Part shown: positions 31,446-41,500 of the stretch, piece by piece
Numbering within the stretch: the stretch's first letter is position 1
How the letters are laid out: every line of letters starts with the position of its first letter
Source of the DNA: an uncultured virus (IMG/VR IMGVR_UViG_3300035505_000652)
Taxonomy: Duplodnaviria; Heunggongvirae; Uroviricota; Caudoviricetes
Virus record (IMG/VR): IMGVR_UViG_3300035505_000652
Length of the DNA stretch: 64,000 nt
Reading direction: 5' to 3' (one strand)
Translations under genes and position numbers: made by a program
Notes under the pieces: generated by a model
Database searches by the model: none
Told to the model about the DNA's origin: nothing
Seen by the model: only the letters and a program-made list of their open reading frames with translations

Positions 31446-32957
31446 TCACGCTGCCTTGTAAGCATTTTCCTTGATAAGGGCTGTCACATATCTCTCAACA
31501 GACTTGAGCGACAAGGTAAAGCCTTTATCCTTTAAATCCTCAACAATGTCCTTGTTTCTTTCCCCACGCAGCTTGGCTTTAAGGATAATCTGCTTTATCT
31601 GCAAGGTCTTATTCTTCCTGTTCTTTCCATGGTGGGCTTCATAATAATCCCTCAAATACTGTTTCCTGTCCAAGCCTCTTGAATAGAAATATAAGGAATC
31701 ATCCAATACCTCTTCAAACATATCCCTTAATGTCTTCTTCTTATATCTATAGCTCTTCCTTATAAGATTGTTGGTTTTGCTTAAAACTTCCTTCTCTTGT
31801 AAAGGACATACAAAGTTCTCATTGAATTTAAGCACCATGGCTTCCGAATCAAGGAAGCTTACCCCTGAAAGGATGCAATAGTTTCTATAAAGGTAGCACA
31901 AAATCTCCCTGTGTCCATAGTCTTCAAGCTCATTATATTTCTTTTGGAGCGTGACTATATCTTCAAGGATTGACTTGCTGTGCGTCTGCCAATTGATTGT
32001 ATGCTGGGGCTTCTTCACCCCATTCTTTTTATTTAACTTGGCTTCCAATTTAAGCTGCTTCAAGCTTTTCTGCCAAGCTGGTTTTGCCACGAACTCATCT
32101 GCTATCTCTGCAAGAGTCCACTTTACACTTGAATATGGCTCCCATTTAACCATTGGGATATTGTCATGCTTTGTATTGATGGAACGTGGAAGCCTTACAT
32201 ATGAGTTGATAATCTGGCAATCCCCTCCCAAGGAAGAAAGCTTCTTTGAAAGCAAATCCTGCATTGTCTTTACAAACTTCCTATAAGCCTCATTTTTTGG
32301 AATATACACAGGCTCTTCCAATACATATATAAGACGCATATTGTTGCCATGCTCTATATAGTTTGGAGCTGGGATTTCCTTGCCTATTATACCATCACTT
32401 TCCAAGAAGTATAAAATCTGTTCCCAACTGTCAAAGCCAGCCTTGTGGTAATCCACATCAAGCACGATGCAGTTAACACTGAATATATGGGATTGCAAAG
32501 CCCTTCCATCTGTAAAGGTATTGAATGACATTTGAAGGTCTACCTTTGAAAAATACTTAAGGAAGAATGATAACTTCTCCTTATCCAAGGCATCTGCCAC
32601 TGTAATGAACCTATAATCATTCCTGAAAGAATCCCTAAAGATTATTTTTCCGTCATTTGGCTTTTCCTTTGCTGTTCCAACATAAATCTTTTCTGGAAAA
32701 ATCTCCTTAATGACTTCATGGATTGCATTGACATCAATAGGCAGGAGGTTTGCATGTTTTGGAATAGCCTTGTATTTTCTTGGGTCATCATTGTCCAATA
32801 CAAGGGCTTCAACATACTTCTCTGCACATTTTCTTGATGGGAATGAAGCTGGATATGTCAGGTTGGGGTCATTCTTTAACCTTTCAATATAAAACTCACG
32901 GGTTTTAATATCTTCCTCGGTCATATCCTTTCGTTTTGTAAATTCAACCTTCCTCAT
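31446..32957 (-). CDS. rep: Plasmid replication initiator protein (Firmicutes theta-type Rep, primase-like/PriCT-like C-terminal half)
   Basis: Motifs SFNTF, IVLDVD, PAPNYIEHGNNMRLIYVLEEP, LGGD...YVRLPRSINTK, GHREILCYLY...FNENFVCPLQEKEV and a C-terminal HTH-like SLKSVERY resemble clostridial/bacillar plasmid Rep proteins. AAGGAG RBS present. Confidence 0.7.
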   Translation of the reverse strand: MRKVEFTKRKDMTEEDIKTREFYIERLKNDPNLTYPASFPSRKCAEKYVEALVLDNDDPRKYKAIPKHANLLPIDVNAIHEVIKEIFPEKIYVGTAKEKPNDGKIIFRDSFRNDYRFITVADALDKEKLSFFLKYFSKVDLQMSFNTFTDGRALQSHIFSVNCIVLDVDYHKAGFDSWEQILYFLESDGIIGKEIPAPNYIEHGNNMRLIYVLEEPVYIPKNEAYRKFVKTMQDLLSKKLSSLGGDCQIINSYVRLPRSINTKHDNIPMVKWEPYSSVKWTLAEIADEFVAKPAWQKSLKQLKLEAKLNKKNGVKKPQHTINWQTHSKSILEDIVTLQKKYNELEDYGHREILCYLYRNYCILSGVSFLDSEAMVLKFNENFVCPLQEKEVLSKTNNLIRKSYRYKKKTLRDMFEEVLDDSLYFYSRGLDRKQYLRDYYEAHHGKNRKNKTLQIKQIILKAKLRGERNKDIVEDLKDKGFTLSLKSVERYVTALIKENAYKAA

Positions 32958-33130
32958 AAATCTCTCTCTCCTTTCGTTTAAAAAAAGTTTTGCATAACTT
33001 TAATCATGGATAATAAACCATAAATTGCATGGTTTCCTTTTTAATGACTGTTGGTTAAACAAAACTTCTTTTTATATATATGTTTAAATCTCAAAAGATT
33101 TTATCTTCAAAAAAATTTTACATCTTCAAC

Positions 33131-33159
33131 TTGACTTTTTTAGCTGTTTGAGGTATAAT
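33131..33159 (+). promoter_or_regulatory. sigmaA promoter for antisense RNA
   Basis: TTGACT(33131-36)-17 nt-TATAAT(33154-59). Confidence 0.8.
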
Positions 33160-33165
33160 TATTAT

Positions 33166-33328
33166 TGAATTTAAGGCAAATGCGTATTGCCATCTTCGTT
33201 GATTTAAACAATTTGTTCTTGTTTAACCAATTAACCATTTTAGGTTTGACTTGAAACCTTGTGGTCAATATCTGAAAGCCAAAGGCTTTATAGGTAGCAA
33301 AGGATTTTTATATCCTTTGTTTTTCTTT
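33166..33328 (+). ncRNA. Predicted counter-transcribed (antisense) copy-number control RNA, ~160 nt
   Basis: Near-consensus promoter upstream. Several hairpins (GGCAAATGCGTATTGCC, AAAGCCAAAGGCTTT). Intrinsic terminator GCAAAGGAT...ATCCTTTGT-TTTTCTTT at 33297-33328. No ORF. Fully overlaps the rep leader. Confidence 0.65.
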
Positions 33329-33332
33329 ATTC

Positions 33333-33361
33333 ATTATACATCATCCAAAAACAAAATGCAA
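33333..33361 (-). promoter_or_regulatory. sigmaA promoter for rep (about 370-nt leader)
   Basis: Minus strand TTGCAT(33361-56)-17 nt-TATAAT(33338-33). Confidence 0.7.
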
Positions 33362-33459
33362 GAACTTTTTTATTAAAATAAAAAATTTTTCAAACAAAAA
33401 GAAGAAGATGATTAACAATATCATCTCCTTCCCATATGGTTGAATTTTAAAGTTATAAT

Positions 33460-34404
33460 TTACATCCCCATAAGGACATTTTTCTTTTTTTCTTCCTTGA
33501 AATAATTGTAGAACCTATCCTTCAAATCTTTTGACACATCACTGTGTTCCAAGTCTTTATATTTCAACAAGCAAAGCATAAAGTCAACATCCATCCAAGT
33601 AGGGTTCTTGTCCTCAAATTTTTCCAATTCAAGATGGGTGTTGTTGTTTTGGTTGAATTTATACAATAATGAGCAGATATAGTCTGCTTGGTTCTTCGTC
33701 ATAGGCCTGTTGTAATAAGCGTCAACCTTTTCCTTGAACCAAGACTTTAATTCATTTAACTCTTTTTGGCTTGCATCAAACTTCTCTTCATGGTCGCATC
33801 CGCAATAGTATATTGTAAGGTCTTTATTCTTATTGATATATGAATGGAATTTTGCAAACGTGCATTCGCCCTCGCATTTCCTTCCATAAGGAGATTTGAG
33901 GCTAACACCATCATATATGTCAGACAAATATATATCGTCAATGTCATCCTTGTGGTCTATGCTTGTAACTGGGCATAGGAATTGATATGCGCAAGGTGAA
34001 GGAAGCTTTACCTCGTCTTTGTGGGCTTCATAGTATTGGAGGAAGATTTGTTCTTTTACATTGTAATAGTTCTCGCCGGTCTGTTCAACCAATCTTTCTA
34101 TCTCCTCATCCATTTCATCCCCATACTCATAAAGGATGCTTTGGCTTATATATTCCTCCTTGTAATGCTCCCATATAATATATCTCAAATTCTTTCTTGA
34201 AAAATACAAGTCAAAATCCTTTGGCTTTTCCAACCTTGTATCTTTAAGATATGCAATAAACTCATCTGCCATACCCATAGTCATATAAAAAAACAATAAA
34301 GTATATCTTCTGCTTGTTAAATCCATTATGGTTGTAAGTTGTTCTTTTGTACATAATTTTTTAACCTTGGTCATAACCATCATCTCTCCATTTTTAAATT
34401 TCAC
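33460..34404 (-). CDS. Hypothetical protein
   Basis: 314-aa ORF. True start probably one of the Met codons at 34383-34374 after GGAG. No recognisable motif. Confidence 0.75.
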   Translation of the reverse strand: MKFKNGEMMVMTKVKKLCTKEQLTTIMDLTSRRYTLLFFYMTMGMADEFIAYLKDTRLEKPKDFDLYFSRKNLRYIIWEHYKEEYISQSILYEYGDEMDEEIERLVEQTGENYYNVKEQIFLQYYEAHKDEVKLPSPCAYQFLCPVTSIDHKDDIDDIYLSDIYDGVSLKSPYGRKCEGECTFAKFHSYINKNKDLTIYYCGCDHEEKFDASQKELNELKSWFKEKVDAYYNRPMTKNQADYICSLLYKFNQNNNTHLELEKFEDKNPTWMDVDFMLCLLKYKDLEHSDVSKDLKDRFYNYFKEEKKKNVLMGM

Positions 34405-34671
34405 ACATTTTAAAAAGTGTGGTGAACAATTAACAAATTTTTCTGTCTAAATTAAATCTTTAAAATATTATTTTATAAGCATATTGTACCACAAAAGTGT
34501 GCGTTTGTCTTGTATTTTTTTGCACTATAAGGCACTTTTTTATAAAAATTTAAGAATTGGAGTATTGACAAAATTAATTTTTGAAGCTTTTGCTTACAAA
34601 TAACCTTATTTTCTGTTGAATTTCTGCATATAATAGTGTATGATAATAAAAGAAAGGATGGTTTTAAAAAA

Positions 34672-35517
34672 ATGAAGGTTTTAGAGGTGTTTAAAAATAT
34701 AGATAAAAATACATTAATCCAAGGATTGATGGAAAGGCATCCAAGCATCTTTACAAAATATGATGAAGAGGGTGCAAAGGAACATTCCCCAAAATCAATC
34801 GAATACACAACCAACAGCGTTGAGGTATTCTTGAATGACATTTTTAATGATGTCAAGCCTTACAAGGATGATGATAAGGAGTTCAAGGAGTATAGGGATT
34901 TTGTCATATTGGTTAATGAGCTTTATGATGATGACGAGTATGACGGCAAAAGCATATTTGACGTATACCATGACCATATAGACATTGAGGATATGGATAT
35001 AAACAAGGTTGGAAAATCAATCTATGTTGATGCAGCCCATATGGGTACGATTAAATCCCATACCCATTTATTCGATATGCCTTATGAGGAATATAAAAAG
35101 CTTGGAACAGAGGACTTTGAGAAGAACTTTATAACCACATATGGCTTGGATTTCCTTTCAAGGAGGATATTGTTAAACCTTGAAGTCGCAGAACCATGCA
35201 TTGAAAGATATGGCTTGGATGTCGTGGCAATAGAGCTTTATTTTGAAATGACCTTTTATGGCTTGACAGAGGAAAGCATAAAAGAGAGGGAGCAGGAGGT
35301 TTTTGACAGGGTTGACAACGTGGAAGGCGTGGATATCACGAAAGACCTTAACTTGGAACTTATAAAGGCAGATGACCTTCTTGAAGACAAGGAAGCGATT
35401 GACCATAATGAAATAGATTATTCCATTAAATTCTCTTATTGGTTGGCAGAGTACAACTATAATTTAAAGAATGAGTATATGAAGGAATACTATGAATGGG
35501 GCAAGAACAAATTTTAG
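34672..35517 (+). CDS. Acidic hypothetical protein (possibly DUF6557-like)
   Basis: GAAAGGA RBS before MKVLEVF. The C-terminal YGLDF...LYFEMTFYG..EE pattern recalls DUF6557 from memory only. Terminator follows. Confidence 0.75.
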   Translation: MKVLEVFKNIDKNTLIQGLMERHPSIFTKYDEEGAKEHSPKSIEYTTNSVEVFLNDIFNDVKPYKDDDKEFKEYRDFVILVNELYDDDEYDGKSIFDVYHDHIDIEDMDINKVGKSIYVDAAHMGTIKSHTHLFDMPYEEYKKLGTEDFEKNFITTYGLDFLSRRILLNLEVAEPCIERYGLDVVAIELYFEMTFYGLTEESIKEREQEVFDRVDNVEGVDITKDLNLELIKADDLLEDKEAIDHNEIDYSIKFSYWLAEYNYNLKNEYMKEYYEWGKNKF

Positions 35518-35525
35518 ACAAAAAC

Positions 35526-35551
35526 AAAACCACAAGGAAACTTGTGGTTTT
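35526..35551. terminator. Bidirectional intrinsic terminator
   Basis: AAAACCACAAG-GAAA-CTTGTGGTTTT between convergent genes. Confidence 0.8.
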
Positions 35552-35559
35552 TGTTATTG

Positions 35560-35808
35560 TTATTCTTTTTTCATGGAAAGCTTGAAATTTGATTTAAAGC
35601 CTTCCTTCCTTAAAATCCCAATCAATTCATCAACATCATAATCATTGGATGCAAGCTTGATTTTCTCAATATTTGCAAGCATCATTTCCTCCCTTTTGGT
35701 TTCTTCTTTAAATTCCTTGGATAAAATTCCAAATTTATGAAACAAATAAATGTTTATTAAAACCAACATTATTATTGAAGCAATACAAATCATGTCCAAT
35801 ACAGCCAT
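35560..35808 (-). CDS. Small single-TM hypothetical protein
   Basis: GGAGGG RBS, N-terminal hydrophobic helix, charged tail. Confidence 0.7.
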   Translation of the reverse strand: MAVLDMICIASIIMLVLINIYLFHKFGILSKEFKEETKREEMMLANIEKIKLASNDYDVDELIGILRKEGFKSNFKLSMKKE

Positions 35809-35924
35809 TATATTTTCCCTCCATTATTCCATTAATTATTTTTTCTTTTTATTATACAAAAAATCCTAACCATTATCAAGGGTAAAGTTTATTTAAATAT
35901 GTAAAATCTCTATGGCTTTATACC

Positions 35925-35950
35925 ATAAATTCCCATCCATGGGAATTTAT
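35925..35950 (+). repeat. Dispersed hairpin repeat, long type
   Basis: ATAAATTCCCA-TCCA-TGGGAATTTAT. Confidence 0.85.
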
Positions 35951-36243
35951 TCATTAAAAATAAAAAAAATATATATTTTATCCTTCATTTTTGTATCTTG
36001 AAAGAATAAGCATGGAAGATATAAAAGAAGAAAAAGGAAAAGAATAATAACTAATATAAGGATAATTTATCATAAATTTTTAGAAGGACTTCTTTGTATT
36101 TTGAACCACTCATCACTAAAGTGACGAGTGCGATGATTTTCTTTATTTTTTTAATCAAATTCCTCTCTTTTTATCCTTCATCTTTACTCACTTAATGGAT
36201 TATCATAAAGCTTAAAAAATATATTAAATATATTATTAAAAGG

Positions 36244-36269
36244 ATAAATTCACAAGGATGTGAATTTAT
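36244..36269 (-). repeat. Dispersed hairpin repeat, long type (inverted partner of 35925)
   Basis: ATAAATTCACA-AGGA-TGTGAATTTAT. Confidence 0.85.
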
Positions 36270-37147
36270 AAAAGATAACATAAAGACATGGAAGGCTTTA
36301 CACGCCTAAATAATCCCTGAACATAATAAGGAATTTCATTAAAGCAGTTTATCTTGCATCCCATAATGCTACAATGCAACACATCATGTCTTTTATATAT
36401 TTCTATTTTTTACCCTATTTCATCTCATCGTTTCTTGTCTTATTCCATTTCCATCCATCTAAAATATTTCCATTTTACATTTCAAGGCTTTAACTCTCGC
36501 CTTCCCCAAATATTAAATCTAAAAAATTTTCAACATTTCATGGAGGATATGCAAATTTTAAAAATAATAAAAGGAATGGGATAATATAATGATTATGTTT
36601 GCATCTTTAGTAGACTATGTGTTATTTGTTTTTGGTAAACAAAAATAAAAATGGTTGATTTTTAAGGAGAAACCAACCATTTTTATAAAAAAGAAAAGAA
36701 ATTCTTTTTTTTAGTAGAACAATATTTTTCAAACAAATTTTTCAAGAATAAGGAAATTCCTTTTTTGTGAAGAAATCCTTTTATCCTTATGTTTATATTA
36801 TATGCCCATCCTTTTTAAAGATTTTAAAAAAAATGAATGAGGCTTTAAGAATTTGAACCATGTTTGGAAATTGTTTTTGCCAATTCATTTTTGCATTGGT
36901 TGTCTTGGAAGTGTTGCCTAGCACACAATTTTCTCCATTTATTAAAAAAAATAGGAGATAATGCAAAAATTTGCAAATTATCACAACCAAATATCATATA
37001 TTATATTATGAAAACCCTATATTTTAAATATTTTTTGTAAATTATGTAGGGAAGATGCATTAATTAAACAAATTTGTATAGGCTTGTCCATGCAAATTTA
37101 TTTTATAAAAAAAGAAAAGGAATAAGAAAAAAAGAAAGGAGCTTTTT

Positions 37148-37933
37148 GTGATGAAATATATCGCACAAACCATAGCGGATGCTAGTCATTATACGAAAGA
37201 TAAATTAGAATTTGACTATCTTAAACCAAAGGATTTTGATGCCTTGAAGGAAACAGATGGTGATATAAAGTCGATTGGATATATTAAGTTCAAGGAAACC
37301 AATGACAATAGTGTTGACACCGTTGAAATTGAAAGTAATTATTGCACGTTCAAGTATGAGCTTTTGAAAGACAAGACACCAAAAGCAACAGGTTATATCA
37401 AGGTTGGGGACAAGGAATATGTCGCATTCACCAAGGGTGGATTGTTAATCCCAATACTTATTGCTCTTGGTGTTATCGTCATTATTGGCGGGATTGTTGT
37501 TTTCTTTAATAAAGGCAATGGTGATGATGATGTTTCTGCAAATCCAGTAAACGATTCGGTCAACCTTGAGTTTGAAAATGGTTCTGATTGGGATGGTTCA
37601 ATGCCTCAAAACGGCGAGCAAAGCCAAGCAAGTGCAGAATCAATTGAAATTCCTGGATATGCAAACCTTTATGTATCAACAAGCAATCCAGAAATCCAAT
37701 TAATCAATCCAGAAGGAAACACTGTATACTTTATATACACTATTATGAATGGTGATGAAATCCTTTATGAAACAAAGGCTATCGAGCCTAACAAGATGGT
37801 TTCCTTAAACATTAAGGATTTATTGGATGTAGGCGAATACAATCTTTCATTTGTAATCTCTACATATGATGTTGAGACACAGACACCTTGCAACGGCGCA
37901 ACACAGGAAGTAACCGTGACTGTAAGGGAATAA
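37148..37933 (+). CDS. Membrane-anchored hypothetical protein with C-terminal beta-rich extracellular domain
   Basis: AAAGGAG RBS. Central TM LLIPILIALGVIVIIGGIVVFF. C-terminal IEIPGY...LINPEGNTVYF...GEY...CNGATQEVTVTV. Confidence 0.8.
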   Translation: MMKYIAQTIADASHYTKDKLEFDYLKPKDFDALKETDGDIKSIGYIKFKETNDNSVDTVEIESNYCTFKYELLKDKTPKATGYIKVGDKEYVAFTKGGLLIPILIALGVIVIIGGIVVFFNKGNGDDDVSANPVNDSVNLEFENGSDWDGSMPQNGEQSQASAESIEIPGYANLYVSTSNPEIQLINPEGNTVYFIYTIMNGDEILYETKAIEPNKMVSLNIKDLLDVGEYNLSFVISTYDVETQTPCNGATQEVTVTVRE

Positions 37934-37955
37934 TTTAAAAATTGAATATATATAG

Positions 37956-37985
37956 AAAAAGTGATGGAATTAACCATCACTTTTT
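37956..37985. terminator. Bidirectional intrinsic terminator
   Basis: AAAAAGTGATGG-AATTAA-CCATCACTTTTT between convergent genes. Confidence 0.8.
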
Positions 37986-38398
37986 GTTTTTCTTGAAAAT
38001 TTTTCTTTTAACAAATAATATAAAAGCTCCCCATCGCTTCCATTGATTGGGATTAAGTTGATTAGCAAGATAAGAAGGGCTTCCACTCCAAACATGATTG
38101 AATAGCTTGTATCAATGCATATGCACAATATGCCTGTAATGAAATTTACGAGCAATCCAATCCCAAAAAACAAAATCAAGCCTTTTGTCGTATTGGGTGT
38201 GCATTTGATATAGCTGCATAGTTTAAACCTTATCTTTAATTTCCTCTTTTTAAAATCATACAGGAAGCATAAAATGGAGGCTTCCTCCATGTCATATTTA
38301 TTAAGCAGGGCTATAGCCAAATGCCCCAATTCATGGGGAACGGCCACGCATAAATATATAAATATACATGAAACAAACAGGTCGAAAATTATCTTCAT
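37970..38398 (-). CDS. Small M50-family (site-2 protease-like) membrane metallopeptidase
   Basis: HELGH (HExxH) after a TM segment plus INLIPINGSDG (NxxP...DG). GGAGG RBS before MKIIFD. Confidence 0.75.
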   Translation of the reverse strand: MKIIFDLFVSCIFIYLCVAVPHELGHLAIALLNKYDMEEASILCFLYDFKKRKLKIRFKLCSYIKCTPNTTKGLILFFGIGLLVNFITGILCICIDTSYSIMFGVEALLILLINLIPINGSDGELLYYLLKEKFSRKTKSDG

Positions 38399-38570
38399 AA
38401 ACATGCCTCCTTCCAAAAAATTCCCTTAAATATAAACAATCCCTTTCTTTAATTATAGCACTTTTAAAGTTTTAGTCAAGGTTTTGGATTGGAAATTGTT
38501 TTAATTTTATAAACAATAAAAGAATACCTCCAAAAATTGGAGGCATTCCTTTTTTTATATTAAGAAGAAA

Positions 38571-41500
38571 TTAATCTTCTTTATTTTTGTGGATTTTAAA
38601 CTTTTTAAGGCTTAAGAACATTCCAGCAATCGCCGTCATTCCTGCACCAGCCATGGCGAAAATGTTGTTATTGTCGCCAGTTTGTACTGCAGTTGTCTTA
38701 TTCTTTTCAAGTTCAAAGATTACAGTTGTCTTCACATTGTTCTTGATTGTGATGGTTTGGTCGCTTGGAGCTTTGTATCCTTCTGGAACACTAATAACCT
38801 TAATTGTATAGTCTCCAACAGGAAGCTTATCCTTGCTTACCTTTCCATTTTCATCAGTTGTAGTTGTAAGGATTACATTGCCGTCCTCGTCAACAATCTG
38901 CACTGTCGCATTAGGAATTGGGTCTTTTGTATCCTTATCTCTTACAATGACATCCAATGCGCCTGTATTCTTTTCAAGTTCAAAGATTACATTTGTTGTT
39001 GTGCTCTTTTCTACAGTCGCTTTTTGGTCATCTGGCTTGTTATATCCATCAGGCACTTCTGTAACCTTGATTGTATATTCTCCAATTGTAAGGTCATTCT
39101 TTACAACTTTTCCATTAGCATCTGTCTTTGTTGTGGCTACAACATTGCCGTCCTTATCAAGGATTTCCACTGTAGCATTAGGAATTGGCTCTTTTGTATC
39201 CTTGTCTCTTACAAGCACGTCCAAATTGCCTACGCCCTTTTCAACCTCGAAAATAAGGCTTGTTGTCTTGCCCTTTTCAACTGTACAAGGCGTGTCTGCA
39301 GGTCTTGAATATCCATCAGGAACCTTTGTTACCTTTACATTGTATGAGCCGATAGCCATATTCTCCTTGGTGTATTTGCCCTTTGAATCTGTTGTGGTTG
39401 TAAGGACTACATTGCCGTCCTTGTCGCAAATCTCAATAGTCGCATTTGCGATTGGGTCTTTTGTATCCTTATCCCTTACAAGCACATCCAAATTGCCATA
39501 GCCTTTTTCAAGTTCGAAGATGGTTGTGGTTGTTTCATTGTTCTTAACAGTTGCTGTCTGGTTGTCTGGAATTACATATCCATTAGGTACTTCTGTAACC
39601 TTGATTGTGTAATCCCCTGCAGGAAGCTTATCCTTGCTTACTTTTCCATTTGTGTCTGTCGTTGTTGTAAGCACAACCTTGCCATCCTTGTCAAGGATTT
39701 CCACTGTCGCATTAGGGATTGGCTTCTTTGTATCCTTATCCCTTACAATGACATCAAGATTTCCAACAGCCTTTTCAAGCTCAAAGATTACTTCCTTCTT
39801 ATCTCCAGCTTCAATTGTAACTGTTTGGTCATCTGGCTTGTTGTATCCATCAGGCACTTCTGTAACCTTGATTGTGTAATCCCCTGCAGGAAGCTTGTCT
39901 TTCTCAACCTTGCCGTTTTCATCAGTCTTGACTGTATCAATGACCTTGCCATCCTTGTCAAGGATTTCCACTGTCGCATTAGGGATTGGGTCCTTTGTAT
40001 CCTTGTCCCTTACAATAACATCAAGGTCTCCAGTATTCTTTTCAAGTTCAAAGATTACCTCTTTTGTATCATCAGGGATAATTGTAACTGTTTGGTCATC
40101 TGGCTTGTTGTACCCGTCAGGCACTTCTGTAACCTTGATTGTGTAATCCCCAGGTGGAAGCTTGTCTTTCTCAACCTTGCCGTTTTCATCAGTTTTGACT
40201 GTATCAATAACATTGCCATCCTTATCAATGATTTCTACTGTCGCATCAGGGATTGGGTCTTTTGTGTCCTTATCCCTTACAATAACATCAAGGTCTCCAG
40301 TAGCTTTTTCAAGTTCGATAACAACAGAAGTCTCTTCATTCTTCTTTACTGTTGCAGTCTCATCATCTGGCTTGCTGTATCCATCAGGTACTTCTGTAAC
40401 CTTGATTGTATAATCTCCAAGAGGAAGGTCTTTTTCAGATACTTGGCCGTTCTCATCTGTCTTGACTGTATTGATAACGTTGCCTTCCTTGTCAATGATT
40501 TCCACTGTGGCGTTAGGGATTGGCTCTTTTGTTTCCTTGTCCTGTACTGTTACAAGCAAGTCGCCTACGCCTTTTTCAAGTTCAAATTCAAAGTGTGTAT
40601 TCTCATTTTTATTAACAGTCTTGGTCTGGTCATCTGGAGTTGAATATCCTTGTGGAACATCTGTTACCTTCAAGGTGTAATCGCCTATAGGGAGCTTATC
40701 CTTGCTTGCCTCTCCATTCTCATCAGTTACAACTGTATCAACAAGTTCTCTATTCTTGTCATAGATTTCAACTGTAGCATTAGGGATTTTAATGGTTGGG
40801 TCGTCTTTATCATAAACAACAATATCCAAGCTGCCCTTGCTCTTTTCAACTTCAAATATAAAGGTTTTGTTTTGGCCGTTTGAAATTGTATCATCTTGCG
40901 CTTCTGGAAGCTCATATCCATCAGGAACATCTGTAACGCTTACTGTGAAGTGGTTTGGTTCAAGACCGTCCACGCTGTCAGTTCCATCTGTATTTGTTGT
41001 AAGGTCAAATTTGTCAGCATTATCTGGCAATACCTCTACAGTTACATCCTCTATAAACTCCCCTGTATCCTTATCTTTAACAATAACTGTCAAGGCGCAC
41101 TCTTCCTTATCTGCTAGGTCTACATACAAGTAAAGTGTTGTTACCTTTCCATCTGTTGTAGCAGCTTCCAAGGTTTCAGTGCATGTTTCTGTATTGATTT
41201 TATATCCTTCAGGAACAGATACAAGCGAAGCTGTATATGTGCCTGCCAATACTGCTTTCTGGTCTGCATCCCCAGACTTTGATGTTCCAGTATAAGAGAA
41301 ATCTGCATCCTCTTTCTCTTTAACCTCAAATTCTGCACCAGCAATAGCCTTATCAGTTGTTCTATCCTTTACAACAACCTGAATGCTTTGAGCCACCTCT
41401 TGTGGTTCTTGATTTTTCGAATCATCCTCTTCTGGGATTTTATACAACTCAATATACTGCGTCACTGTTCCATCTTTTTCAACAACAAAATTAAAGTTTT

